Of a DNA stretch of 64,000 nucleotides, positions 1-14,338 are shown in pieces (positions within the stretch are counted from its first letter, which is position 1; every line of letters begins with the position of its first letter). The notes beneath the pieces are model-generated. The model worked only from the letters and a program-made list of their open reading frames with translations, was not told where the DNA came from and searched no databases. The DNA is from Octopus vulgaris (lineage: Eukaryota). The position numbers and the translations under genes were made by a program. The stretch spans positions 55,366,001 to 55,430,000 of the forward strand of contig OX597818.1 of assembly GCA_951406725.2 (NCBI GenBank), in the 5' to 3' direction.

Positions 1-1464
1 CCCACCCACCACCACCACCCACCGTAATTACCCCAGTGTACCTTGGAATACAGGGAGGCTGGAGATAGTTCTCTGTTTGGTATTATGTTTCCATGGAAAG
101 TGTAATTCCTAAAGTGTGTGTCTTGTGTGCGAATTCATTTACTCTCATCGGCTTCCGTCATTGCACTGTGGCCATGCTGGAGCACTACTTCAAAGGATTT
201 GATCGACGGAACCAACTCAAGTACTTGTCTATAAATCTGGTACTTATTTTATTGTTCTCTATTTGCCAAACTGCTAAGTTACAGGAACGTTAATCAACAC
301 TGGTTGTCGAGTATAGCAAGAAAAACATGCATACAGAGGCATAGCTGTGTGGCTAAGATGTTCGCTTGTGAACCACATGGTTTCAGGTTCAGTCCCACTG
401 CATGGCAACTCAGCTGTCTTGTGCTAGACTAACCGAGGCCTTGTGAGGGATTTGGTGCATGGAAACTGAAAGAATCCTGTCATGTATTGTATGTATCTCC
501 TTGTCCTCTCATCCTCACATCATCATCATCATCATTTAACGTCCGCTTTCCATGCTAGCATGTTGGACATATGACCGAGGGCTGGCGAACCAGATGGCTG
601 CACCAGGCTTCAATCTTTATCTGGCAGAGTTTCTACAACTGGATGCCCTTCCTAACACCAACCACTCTGAGAGTGTAGTGGGGGCTTTTACGTGCCAGTC
701 AGGCAGCACTGGCAACAACCTCGCTCAAATCTTTTACACATGCCACTGGCACAGGTGCCAGTAAGGCGATGCTGGTAACGATCACGCTTGAATGGTGTCT
801 TTTACGTGCCACCGGCACAGTTGTAATTGAGTATCACATCATACATGCAGTGTCATTTGTTTCTAGTCTTCTGTGAAGGCAGGTGGCTTGGTGGTTAGGG
901 TAGTCAGCTCATAAGTTCAATTCCCAGTAGCATATTCAAACTGTAGGTGGTACGAAAAAAATGGAACAAAAAGTATGATATAATATGTATATGAAGGCGC
1001 ATGGCTCAGTGGTTAGAACATCGAGCTTATGATCGTGCGGTTATGAGTTCAATTCTCAGACCGGGCTGCATGTTGTGTTCTTGAGCAAGACACTTTATTT
1101 CATGTTGCTCCATTTCCACACAGCTGGCAAAAATGAGTTGTACCTGTATTTTAAAGGGCCAGCCTTGTTACATCCTGTGTCATGTTGAATCTCCCTGAAA
1201 ACTATGGGTATGAGTGTCTTCTGGAGTACTCAGCCACTTGCATGTTAATTTCACTAGCAAGCTGTTCCGTTGATCCAGTAGACTGGAACCCTTGTTGTTG
1301 TGATTTGACAGAGAGCCAGTTATGTTATCTGTTAAAACACACATGCCCACGGGGAAATATTATCATACTTGGTAATGAATGAATGTTGGCCACAGGAGGG
1401 GTACCTAGCATTAGAAAATTTGCCTCGGCAAATTCCATTTAACCTATGCAAGAAGGAAAAAGCA

Positions 1465-2086
1465 TCATCGTACAACATCCACTTTCAATGCTGGCATGGG
1501 TTGGACGGTTTGAGGGCTGGCAAGCCAGTGGGCTGCACCAGGCTCCAATCTGATCTGGCAGAGTTTCTACAGTTGGATGCCCTTCCTAACACCAACCACT
1601 CTAAGAGTGTAATGGGTGCTTTTAATTGCCACTGGCAAGAGGTCCAGTCATGTGGTACTGGCATCGGCCACGCTCAAATGGTGCTTTTTACATGCCACCT
1701 GCACAGGAGCCAGTCCGGCAGCACTAGTAACAACATCGTTCGAATGTTCTTTTTTTTTATGTGCCACCGAGATGGCAGCCAGCCAGAGGCCCTGACTTTC
1801 AACAATCACATTCGAATGGTGCTTTTAACATTTCACTGGTATGGGTGCCAATCACGCAGTACTGTTATCGGCCACGACAGCAATTTCACTTGCCCCAACA
1901 GGTCTTCACAAGCATAGTTTATTGTCTAATGATTGAAGGGTACTCTTAAATGGGCCGGTTACACAGCACTGGCATAGGCCACAGTTGTGGTCTCTCTTGG
2001 CTTGCCGTATCTTTTCAAACACAGCATATTTCCAAAGGTCTCAGTCACTTGTCATTGCCTCAGTTAGGCCCAATATTTGAAGGTGT
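1465..2086 (-). mobile_element. RTE-clade LINE 3' end (RT tail and 3' UTR with ~60-bp repeats)
   Basis: Minus strand LQILGLTEAMTSD*DLWKYAVFEK, followed by tggcacgtaaaaagcacc-type repeats and the gttaggaagggcatcca tail. Confidence 0.7.
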
Positions 2087-2654
2087 CAGCTGCAAATTTC
2101 ATTATCTGGAATCTTCTACTATGGCACTGAGCTGGCCAAAACCTTGAGAGTGGATTTGCTAGGCAGAGACAAAGAGAAGGCCCTTGTAATACGTGATTGA
2201 CACAACATCTTGTCTTAACATCATGTGATGGTTGTAAATTCTGTTGTCAAACAAGTGAATTAACTCTACTTGTGCAGCACTTTAAGGCTCATCAGAAACC
2301 CATTATTTGTTGTTCTTCTTTTATTGAATTGATTTTTTCTTTTGATTTTTTGTTTGTGTTTGGTGGAGTGATGTTTCTGCCAAGTCTAACAAAACATTAA
2401 AATAGTTTACTTATCGGCTTAACGACTCAGCGTTCGTTAATTTCGTGACTGACCTTCGGTTTTATTTGATCGTGTCGGCATTCCAAAGATTTGAAGGCCA
2501 CGATTTTGATTCCAGCCGAGATTCTGTTGATAGAACCGATCTGACTCCTTTTTACCTGGTTCTTGATCGATGGCTTAGTGGCTTCGGTAAATATTGTTTC
2601 AAGATTCCTTGCCAACTCTTCGTGTGTGTTTAGCCTTGCAAAATAGCCTCTCTG

Positions 2655-3105
2655 TGTTTATGTGTGTGAGAGTGTGCATCTGTGATTGTATGTGTGTGTG
2701 AGAGTGTGCGTCTGTGATTGTATGTGTGTGTGTGAGAGTGTGCGTCTGTGATTGTATGTGTGTGTGTGAGAGTGTGCGTCTGTGATGTGTGTGTGTGTGA
2801 GAGTGTGCGTCTGTGATTGTATGTGTGTGTGTGAGAGTGTGTGTCTGTGATTGTATGTGTGTGTGAGTGTGCGTCTGATAGTATGTGTGTGTGCGTCTGT
2901 GATTGTATGTGTGTGTGTGAGTGTGCGTCTGTGATTGTATGTGTGTGTGAGAGTGTGCGTCTGATTGTATGTGTGTGTGAGAGTGTGCGTCCGTGATTGT
3001 ATGTGTGTGTGAGTGTGCGTCTGTGATTGTATGTGTGTGTGAGAGTGCGCGTCTGTGATTGTATGTGTGTGTGAGAGTATGCGTCTGTGATTGTATGTGT
3101 ATGTG
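2655..3105 (+). repeat. GT-rich minisatellite (~30-bp unit)
   Basis: gagagtgtgcgtctgtgattgtat(gt)n repeated. Confidence 0.95.
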
Positions 3106-3344
3106 TGAGGTGGGGGTGGTAGCTTCAGTGGGGGATATGTTATTGATTTTTGCCTTTTAATGATTGTTCACTACTGGCTGTGTGTGTCTGTGTGTGTGTT
3201 TACAGGTATTTGTTGACAGGTGTGTATGGACGCCTGTACAATGTGTGTGTGGGGGAGTGTTTTGTTTAATCTGTGCGTGTGTGTTTACTAAAGGATATAC
3301 GTTACAATGTGTGTGTGCGTTTGTATTTGTTTTTGTGTATTTGC

Positions 3345-3382
<38 letters not shown>

Positions 3383-3489
3383 ATGTTTATGCATGTGTGT
3401 GTATGTTAGGGATGTTTTTGTGTATTTTGTCTGTGTCCAAGTGTAATATATATTACATGTAAAGAAGAATGAAAAATACTCATACACAT

Positions 3490-3860
3490 ATACACACACA
3501 CATTACTGCAATATACACACACACACATTACAGCAATATACACACACACACACATTACAGCAATATACACACACACACATTACAGCAATACACACACACA
3601 CACATTACAGCAATATACACACACACACACACACACATTACAGCAATATACACACACACACACATTACAGCAATATACACACACACACACATTACAGCAA
3701 TATACACACACACACATTACAGCAATATACACACACACACACATTACAGCAATATACACACACACACACATTACAGCAATATACACACACACACATTACT
3801 GCAATATATACACACACACATTACTGCAATATATATACACACACATTACAGCGATATATA
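3490..3860 (+). repeat. CA-rich minisatellite (~24-bp unit)
   Basis: (ca)n-ttacagcaatata repeated. Confidence 0.95.
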
Positions 3861-6052
3861 TACACATGCACACACGAAGAGTCAAATATCAATACAAATT
3901 CACTGCTTTAAGGTAACGTGCTTAAAGGCCCATCAATTATACAAAACCTATCGATTATACAAAACCTGGGGTGCACATACACACTCAGAAATGATCATAC
4001 ATACACACACGCTAGCACACATGTACACACTGAACTCGTGTATACACTTGGTGTTGCACTTTTACACTCTCAGAGAAGGGGAGGTCCTTTGAAGGTCAGG
4101 GTCTAAAGCCAACCTCCAGACCCAGCAAAACCAACAAAAAAAAAAAATTTTTTTTTTAAATTTAAGTATATTTTTACATATGGACAACTGTACCCCTAAT
4201 CGCTATTTCACAAACCTGTGTTGTTTTTGTTTTGTATTTGTTTTGGATTCAAATCTAATAGTTGTTGTTGTTGTTGTTGTAGAAAGTTGGTGGGGGTGGG
4301 GATTAAAGTAACATTGATGCAGTATAAATACATACTCCTTTACTGTGGCCAGTCGAGCAAATCAACCTCAGGACTTATTCTTTGTAAGCCTAGTACTTAT
4401 TCTATTGGTCTCTTTTGCCAAACCGCTAAGTGATGGGGACGTAAACACACCAGCATCAGTTGTCAAGCGATGGTGGGGGGACAAACACAGAAACACAAAC
4501 ATACACACGCATACACACACACATATATATACGACAGGCTTCTTTCAGTTTCCGTCTTCCCTAATCCACTCACAAGGCTTTGGTTGGCCTGAGGCTATAG
4601 TAGAAGGCACTTGCCCAAGGAGCCACGCAGTGAGACTGAACCCAGAACCATGTGGTTGATAAGCAAGCTACTTACCACACAGCCACTCCTATACATACGC
4701 ATCTTTCATTTATCTTTTGGTATTTTAGTTTGTTTCAATTTGCGGCCATGCTGGGGCAGCGCTTGAAGAATTTTTAGTCGAATGAACTGACTCTGATACT
4801 GTTCTTTTTCTAAGCCTGGTACTTGTTCTATCAATCCCCTTTGCCACACCACTAAGTTACATGGACATAACCCCCACACACACACACATACACATTCATT
4901 ATATATGTCAGGCTTCTTTCAGTTTCCATCTACAAAATCCACTCATGAGGCCATTAATCAGAGTGAGGCCATAGAAGGTGCTTTGCCCAGGTTGCCACAC
5001 TGTGGGACTGAACCTAAAATCTTGTGGTTGGGAAGCAAACTTCTTACCACACAGCCACACTTGATTGCACACATTCATTAAGGTGTGTATGTAGGGGTTT
5101 GTAGGGTCCAGTGCTCAAGTCTATCTGTATGAAAGCTCTCACTCTACTTCCATCTTTACATACATACACATGCAAACCCTTAGTGTATTACTGGTACTTA
5201 AAGGAGATCATTGGCATGAATTCTTTTCAGCATCAAAGGGGATAGGCAAAAACCCTACCCAAAGCGATGCCCAACGGCTTGCATATGGGTTCAAATTCTT
5301 CAGGGATTTTGTGTGTGTGTCTACATGCACGCACTCACACACATATACATGACAGGCTTCTTTCAGTTTCCATCCACCAAATCCACTCACAAGGCTTTGG
5401 TCGGCCCGAGACTATAGTAGAAGACAGTTGCCCAAGGTGCCACATAGTGGGACTGAACCAAGAACCATGTGATTGGAAAGCAAGCTACTTACCACAGCCA
5501 CTCCTATATATATATATATATATATATATGAGAAAGAGAGGGGGGAGGGGATGATAATGGGCTTATTTTTGTCCCCAGCCATCAAACCCACTCACAAGGC
5601 TTTGGTCAACCTGGGTCTATTATAGATAACTCTTGACCAAAGTGCCACACGGGGGGGGGGGGGACTGAACCCAAGATCACATGGTTGAGAAGCAAGCTTC
5701 TTAACCACACAACCAAGTTATTCCAACCATGACCTTCTGTCCTGAAGGTTTTTTATATATTGGTTTTTTTTTTCCTCCAGGTGTAGTGTGTGTAACCTTA
5801 CAATTAACCAATATGTCTTTCCTTTTTAAAACTAACAAGTTGTAGTTTTAGTGACATTTCGTTGCTATTTCTAGCAAGTTGAATGCATTGAGGCTTGTTT
5901 TGTTCCATATAAATCTAGAAACGAGTTCTGGTGGGTGGGTGGTTGAAGGAGGGAGAGAGAGAGAGAGATAGAGAAGGATGGGGTGTATACTGTGATGTTT
6001 GCAATTCTCTGTCTCCAAGATTCATGTCAATTATTCCCTCTAACCATTCCAG

Positions 6053-6172
6053 ATTATTCCAACAATCACATCTTGCCATTAACGCCAGGAACGACCCAAA
6101 AAGTGTCCCAGGCTCTCTTCGCTAGTTTTAAAAGTTTTGAGAAAGAACAACAACGATTAAATATTCCACGTG
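6053..6172 (+). CDS. Ets1/2: Ets1/2 coding exon A (ERK site PLTP and start of the PNT domain)
   Basis: Translates ..DYSNNHILPLTPGTTQKVSQALFASFKSFEKEQQRLNIPR, compared with ETS1 [33 protein letters not shown]. Acceptor ctaaccattccAG, donor GTAGGT at 6173, phase 1-1. Confidence 0.9.
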
Positions 6173-6361
6173 GTAGGTACCGCCTTTATTCCTTCCTTCC
6201 TTCCTTATCTTTTCTTTCTTTTAGTGAGGTTTGTCTTTGTTGATGTTGTTGCTGTGGATGTTGTTTAGTCCCTATGCCTGGTCTGGTCTAGCCCTAAAAT
6301 GTGTTACTGTTGTAGATGTTGTTGTTATTGCTGTTTTTAAAAGATGTTTTATGACTGATTT

Positions 6362-6401
<40 letters not shown>

Positions 6402-6728
6402 CGCACATGCACACACACACACATAGTGAAGGTGCGTGGACCAGTGGTAGGATGTTGTACTCATGATAGCTAGATTGTGGGTTCAATTCTCAGACCAAGA
6501 ACCTTGTCGTGTTCTTGAGCAAGGTACTTCATTTCACATTTGTCCAATCCATTCAGCTGTCTATGGGTAACTTTTTGATGGACTAACCTCCCGATAGGGG
6601 AGGGGACTGTTGGCCTGCCTGCCTGCCTAGCCAACAGAGTGTCCTTATTCAAAAGCTAAAGCAAGGTGAAACGCATTGTGACCAGCGACATATAACATCT
6701 GATAGTTCTGATCAATCACATGACCATG

Positions 6729-6785
<57 letters not shown>

Positions 6786-7319
6786 CACACACATATATAC
6801 ATTTGTACACACTCAGAATGAGTCCTGGGGGCGATTTGCTTGACTAAAGGTAGTGCTCCAGCATGGCCACAGTCAAATGACTGAAATACATAATAGAGTA
6901 AAATACTAATATATACAAATTTTGAGCCTGCCGTGAATCCTAGGACCCCCAGGACCAGAGCTTGACCCAATTTCCATCACATATAAATTGACTGAGAGGA
7001 CAATACTCCTTCCTGGACAGAACCCCAGTCACCTTGTGGGGCTAACTTCCCAGTTTTTGCTGGAACCCACCTGCAGCTGAGTGAACTAGGGCAAGGTGAA
7101 ATGAAGAGTTTTGCTCAAGAACACAATGTACTCCCTAGCCCGGGAATTGAAACCAGTTTCACACACAGAAACACACACACACACACATTTTGTGTATGCA
7201 TGCTTTCTTCATTTCATTTGTTGTATATATTCACAAGCGTTTGTGTACCTTTACAGTGTGTATATATATGTATGTTTTTGTCTGAACAAATGTTAGTGTG
7301 TCTATATATGTGTATGTAA

Positions 7320-7549
7320 GGCGGCGAGCTGGCAGAAACGTTAGCACGCCGGGCGAAATGCGTGGCCGTATTTCGTCTGCCGTTACGTTCTGAGTTCAAA
7401 TTCCGCCGAGGTCGACTTTGCCTTTCATCCTTTCGAGGTCGATAAATTAAGTACCAGTTGCGCACTGGGGTTGATGTAATCGACTTAATCCCTTTGTCTG
7501 TCCTTGTTTGTCCTCTCTGTGTTTAGCCCCTTGTGGGTAGTAAAGAAAT
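7320..7549 (+). mobile_element. tRNA-derived SINE family B (Nin/Deu-domain-like), representative copy
   Basis: A/B-box-like head plus central gcctttcatcctttcg..gtcgataaa..agtaccag. Many copies, e.g. 12883-13116(-), 17916-18145, 23830-24063(-), 43067-43280, 50343-50568, 53774-54008, 57890-58466. Confidence 0.8.
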
Positions 7550-7656
7550 ATATATGTGTATGTTTGGACAAATGTGTGCATTGATGCCATGCTATGCCAT
7601 GCCGTAACATTAGCGAGGAAGCGTTAACAGTCCAAATACCCTGATGTATTCCTTAG

Positions 7657-7857
7657 ATCCTGTACAGTGGAACAAAATCAATGTGATGCAATGGTTGGAA
7701 TGGGTCAGACAAGAATATGCTCTCAATGGCATTCGCACCGATCGTTTCAACATGACCGGTAAAGAAATGTGTCAGCTTGGTAAAGATGCTTTTCTGGAAA
7801 GAGCGCCCCCTTACGTGGGTGATATACTTTGGGAACACTTGGAAGTTATGAAAAGGG
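7657..7857 (+). CDS. Ets1/2: Ets1/2 coding exon B (core PNT/SAM domain)
   Basis: DPVQWNKINVMQWLEWV...FLERAPPYVGDILWEHLEVMKR matches the ETS1 PNT domain. Acceptor ttccttAG, donor GTAAGA; joins exon A in frame. Confidence 0.95.
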
Positions 7858-8581
7858 GTAAGAGAATTAAAGCATTTTTAACTTCGTCCAAGACATTGTC
7901 CCCTAAAATATCCAATAACCTTGATTCTTATGTGATTCTGTGTCTGGCTAATATCAGTAATTTCTAAAACCCTAAACACTAATATTGCTGCTGAAGCTCC
8001 GTAAAATTAAGGAAATAACCCCTTATGGTTTAGTGGCCAACATCGAACCCTATTAGTCCTCAACTTACCATTATTTATTTTTTCTTTTACATAATGTCTC
8101 ATGTATGTCTTTGATGTATGTCCATTTTTCTTTATAATGTTTGTGAGTTTTTGTTTGTCTTTTTTTCTTTCATTTAACCCTTTAGCGTTACGATTAATCC
8201 GTCAAATGTAATCCTTATTTATTGATATTGTTTAGAATTAATCTTGGATCATCTCATAGCTTTTGAGATTTTGATCATGTGAATGCTTATTTTTAGAATG
8301 ACATTGTAGGGTAGGTATAAAAGGCCAGATATGGCCACATTAAATGTTAAAGGGTTGAAGCGCCAACTAATAATATTCAATGTGTCTGTGTGTCTGTATG
8401 TGTGGCAAGGACTATCTATCTAAAACTCCCAGCTTAATTAACTTTCGTGCAACTCCCTATAAAACTCATTCAGTGTTATATACTTTAATTAAGATAACGA
8501 ACTGGCAAAACCATTAACACACCCCAGGCAAAATGCTTAGCAGCATTTCAGCTGTCTTTATAACGTTCTGAGTTCAAATTC

Positions 8582-10509
8582 CACCGAGGTCTGTTTTGTC
8601 TTCCATCCTTTTAAGGGTTGATAAAATAAGTACCAGTTGAACACTGGGGTCAATATAATCAACTTGCCCCCTTCCCAGAAATTGCTGATCCCAAACCAGT
8701 TATTTTGCAACCAATATTATACCCTTATTCCACCATATAAAATGAGAATATGCAAGAATCGGAATGTGGGTTTCAAGTGTTTGTTACTGTGTGCATGCAT
8801 GTATGCAGTCACTCGACCTGCTCTTACACTCATATTCTCACTCACACTCTTGCTCACACCGAGGTCTGTTTTGTCTTCCATCCTTTTAAGGGTTGATAAA
8901 ATAAGTACCAGTTGAACACTGGGGTCAATATAATCAACTTGCCCCCTTCCCAGAAATTGCTGATCCCAAACCAGTTATTTTGCAACCAATATTATACCCT
9001 TATTCCACCATATAAAATGAGAATATGCAAGAATCGGAATGTGGGTTTCAAGTGTTTGTTACTGTGTGCATGCATGTATGCAGTCACTCGACCTGCTCTT
9101 ACACTCATATTCTCACTCACACTCTTGCTCACACCGAGGTCTGTTTTGTCTTCCATCCTTTTAAGGGTTGATAAAATAAGTACCAGTTGAACACTGGGGT
9201 CAATATAATCAACTTGCCCCCTTCCCAGAAATTGCTGATCCCAAACCAGTTATTTTGCAACCAATATTATACCCTTATTCCACCATATAAAATGAGAATA
9301 TGCAAGAATCAGAATGTGGGTTTCAAGTGTTTGTTACTGTGTGCATGCATGTATGCAGTCACTCGACCTGCTCTTACACTCATATTCTCACTCACACTCT
9401 TGCTCACACCGAGGTCTGTTTTGTCTTCCATCCTTTTAAGGGTTGATAAAATAAGTACCAGTTGAACACTGGGGTCAATATAATCAACTTGCCCCCTTCC
9501 CAGAAATTGCTGATCCCAAACCAGTTATTTTGCAACCAATATTATACCCTTATTCCACCATATAAAATGAGAATATGCAAGAATCAGAATGTGGGTTTCA
9601 AGTGTTTGTTACTGTGTGCATGCATGTATGCAGTCACTCGACCTGCTCTTACACTCATATTCTCACTCACACTCTTGCTCACACCGAGGTCTGTTTTGTC
9701 TTCCATCCTTTTAAGGGTTGATAAAATAAGTACCAGTTGAACACTGGGGTCAATATAATCAACTTGCCCCCTTCCCAGAAATTGCTGATCCCAAACCAGT
9801 TATTTTGCAACCAATATTATACCCTTATTCCACCATATAAAATGAGAATATGCAAGAATCGGAATGTGGGTTTCAAGTGTTTGTTACTGTGTGCATGCAT
9901 GTATGCAGTCACTCGACCTGCTCTTACACTCATATTCTCACTCACACTCTTGCTCACACCGAGGTCTGTTTTGTCTTCCATCCTTTTAAGGGTTGATAAA
10001 ATAAGTACCAGTTGAACACTGGGGTCAATATAATCAACTTGCCCCCTTCCCAGAAATTGCTGATCCCAAACCAGTTATTTTGCAACCAATATTATACCCT
10101 TATTCCACCATATAAAATGAGAATATGCAAGAATCGGAATGTGGGTTTCAAGTGTTTGTTACTGTGTGCATGTATGTATGCAGTCACTCGACCTGCTCTT
10201 ACACTCATATTCTCACTCACACTCTTGCTCACACCGAGGTCTGTTTTGTCTTCCATCCTTTTAAGGGTTGATAAAATAAGTACCAGTTGAACACTGGGGT
10301 CAATATAATCAACTTGCCCCCTTCCCAGAAATTGCTGATCCCAAACCAGTTATTTTGCAACCAATATTATACCCTTATTCCACCATATAAAATGAGAATA
10401 TGCAAGAATCGAAATGTGGGTTTCAAGTGTTTGTTACTGTGTGCATGCATGTATGCAGTCACTCGACCTGCTCTTACACTCATATTCTCACTCACACTCT
10501 TGCTCACAC
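8582..10509 (+). repeat. Tandem array, 7 x 275 bp
   Basis: Units start at 8582, 8857 and so on; nearly identical; produces the repeated 92-aa ORFs. Confidence 0.97.
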
Positions 10510-13503
10510 TCGTAAACCACTACATGTTGTCACTGTATATCTTCTGTAAATCGCATGTTCATAACATTTGTACAAGAAAATCCCTGATCAAATTCATCAA
10601 GTACATCATTTAGCATCTGTTTTGCCATTCTGGAATGGTATGGATGGTTCGACAGGATCCAGTGTACTCAAAGATTGCATCATACTCCTGTGTCACTGCA
10701 GCATGGTTTCTACTCCTGGTTGCCCTTCCTGATGCCAACCCCTTCATAGCATGTACTGGGTGCTTTTTACATACCACCAGCACCAATAACTTACAAGATA
10801 AGACTGTTCAGATGAGGGTGAGGGTTAATACTGAATGGAAATGGTTTTATATTGGCTTCAAATTTGGAGCACAAGGCCAGCAAATTCGGGGCAAGGAGTA
10901 GGTTGATTACCAGTGCTGAACTGGTACTTATTTTATCAAACCCAAAAGGATGAATGGCTAAGTCAATCTTGGAGACATTGAAGTTAGACAAAATGACATG
11001 CTAACAAGTCTTGTCAGCTCGCTGCCCCCACGAGGTAGTTTTATATTAAACACACCATTCTTTGAGTGTGTGTAACCAACCATATATAGCAACAAGAGCC
11101 CTTAGACTATGGGAATTCTATAAAATTCCTCTCGTAGCAGTCCTTCATGTAGATTTGCACCACATCCCTATAAAGATTTTGATTAACCCCTTCCCCCTCA
11201 TTGCTGTCGTATTTTAACACAGAAAATATGCAGCTGGTCATCGCTTGTCTACTTTCACTTTCAAACTAGATGCATGTGCCTGTTCTCTGCTTCATGTTTC
11301 TATTGAATCTGTGTTCTTGGAACGAATATGGAACAGATGGTACCTTAATCTTCATCATTCAACATCCACTTTTCCATGATGAGGCAGATTTTCTATGGCC
11401 AGATGTCCTTCTTGTTGCCAACCCTCACATATTTATTTCCAAGAATGGTTATACTTCCTCCACCAAAATTCCTATCCTTGTGTCTAAATTTAAAACCCTT
11501 ATTATTTAAGTGAAAGCATGCCATCAAAGTGACACTTAGGTAAAATATATGAAGTCCATTATACTCCTCATGACTAACCGTCTGATAAGGGCACACCAGG
11601 CACATGCATCACAACCATATGTGCACAACATGGTTATCTCATATCAAGACAAACAGCGCATGACCTTGCAGGTGGGGCTCAGTTAGAATTTTCTTCAGGT
11701 TGTGTACCCCATTCCACTCAAAATGTCCCTGAATAAGGGTTAAGGATGTTGAACGAAACACCTATGGTTCCAAAGGTGAATTATCCAAACCCCTAAGAAT
11801 TCCTCTCAACACATGGCTTTCGTGTTCCCCCACTACTTCTGCTCGTGATCAGAGATGCACATATCGTCAGCCACCAAGGGACATGCTCAGCTGGTTAAGA
11901 TAAATCAACTGACAAGCAAATCTGTGGTATTGAGCAGAATATTTGCTGTAGCCCATCTTTTATACCAAGACACAACAATGTACATGATAACACTTCCAAT
12001 CAGTTAAGATGAGAAGTCAAGAGAGCCCACTACCTGGTACTGCATCAGAGCTATTATTATCATTATCATTATTATTATTATTATTTGACTTGCTATTTTT
12101 ATTTTTTGCTACAATTTTTTTTTTTTTTTTATAAATTTTTATGTAATTATATTTTTTTTATATTCTGATTAATTCAGAATCTGTGTTTTGGAATTTTTTG
12201 ATGATTACTAAAAAAAATATATTTATACTTAAATACCTATATATTTGACTTCTGAGTAGATTTGTAAAAAAGAATTTTAAAAACAGACTATACTTGCATT
12301 CTACTGAAAAAAACTGGAGTGCAACATACATTGGGCAAAACTAGGCCTACGATTTAGTACCAAAAACTTTGTACTCAGATTCAAAACTAAATTAGGGGTG
12401 TGACTTGTACATGGGTTCCCTTGCACATTGCCACTATCTCTGTCACTCTCTCTCTCTCTCTCTCCTCTTTTCAACTGAAGATACCCTTTTCTGTCTCTCT
12501 ATTCGCCTGGTACACAGACCCCCCCCCCCCCCCTCCCTCAGTACCTCTCACCCCCTCAGTTGGATCTTTTGTCTTGGAAGTTATTTGGTGACCCCTGCCA
12601 GTACTGGTGCCACACAAAACGTACCCCCACTCTGTGAAGAGTTTGGTAGGACATCCAGCTGTGGAAATCACACCAAAGCCTGGTGCAGCTCTCCAGCTTG
12701 CCAGCTCCTGTCAAACCATTGAATGGAATTCATTAAGGCAGACAACTTCTACAGCGTTGCTCACACTCACCTATTTCCAAGCAAAGTAATATTTCTTCAT
12801 TGCTTTTTTTAGCAGTGACGCTCATTCATTTACAACTTTCACACAATGTCAGATCAAGGGTACACATAGACACACACAAATACCTATTTCTTTACTACCC
12901 ACAAGGGGCTAAACACAGAGAGGACAAACAAGGACAGACAAACGGATTAAGTCGATTATATTGACCCCAGAGCGTAAATGGTACTTAATTTATCGACCCC
13001 GAAAGGATGAAAGGCAAAGTCGACCTCGGCAGAATTTGAACTCAGAATGTAACAGCAGGCGAAATACGGCTATGCATTTTGCCCGGCGTGCTAACGTTTC
13101 GGCCAGCTCGCCGCCTTTGACACATACAAATATATTCAAAGGTTTGTTGAGGAGTTATAAAAAAAAAAACCCTTATTTGAAAAGTTAAAGGTTGGCAGTA
13201 GGAAGAGCACCTGGCAGTAAAGTCCTGCCTGACAAAAGTTCCCATCTGACATATATCAGTATGAAAATAATGGACATCAGACAAACGACTGCGTGTGTTA
13301 TAGAAGCTAATTAAATCAAAAAAGGTGTAGTGAGTGGAATGGTGGAATGGTGGTGGATATGTGTCAGTAATGTGGTAGAAAGGAAGTGGTTCTGTTGAAT
13401 GGTAAACGTGCTGCAAAGACCGACTTCCTCAGTTTCGCAGCTTCAGCGTTTGCTTCAAATTGGTGGATCTGTGCTGCCCCAATATTTTTTATTTTAATGA
13501 AAG

Positions 13504-13575
<72 letters not shown>

Positions 13576-13746
13576 GTTTCACTCTCTATCATGTCATTAA
13601 TACTGTTAGTTGTGTAAGTTTGAATTTAAATGTAAAAACATACAAATACGTTAAAACGTGTAGGAGTGTCTTGTTTAGAAGTATCTCGTAACTTGGCTAC
13701 AATTATATCTACGCTAAGATAATGCGTATATACATAGGCATTTACA

Positions 13747-13777
<31 letters not shown>

Positions 13778-14303
13778 GGCACAGGAGTAGTGGCTGTGTG
13801 GTAAGAAGCTTGCTTACCAACCATGTGGTTCCAAGTTCATTCCCACTGCATGGCACCTTGAGCAAGTGTCTTCTACTATAGCCTCAGTCTGACCAAAGCC
13901 TTTTGAGTGGATTTGATAGGTGGAAACTGAAAGAAGCCCATTATATATATATATATATGTTTGTTTGTTTGTTCCTCCACCATTGCTTGACAACCGATGT
14001 TGGTGTGCTTATATTCCCATAACTTAGCGGTTCGACAAAAGACACTGATAGAATAAATACTAGACTTACAAAGAATAAGTCCTGGGCTTGATTTGTTTCA
14101 CTAAAGGTGATGCTCCAGCATGGCTGCAGTCAAATGACTGAAACAAAAGAATAAAAGAATACACGCACACACGTGGCTGTGTAGTAAGAAGTTTTCTTCA
14201 CAACCACATGGTTCCAGGTTCAGTCCCACTTCATGACACCTTGGGCTGACCAAAGCTTTGTCGTTTGGTAAATGGAAACTGAAAGAAGCCTGTCATATAT
14301 ATT

Positions 14304-14338
<35 letters not shown>

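Noticed and set aside
8637-10613. Seven repeated 92-aa ORFs as a tandem gene family
   Set aside because: They are a by-product of the 275-bp array, use non-ATG starts, are partly SINE-derived and are intronic.
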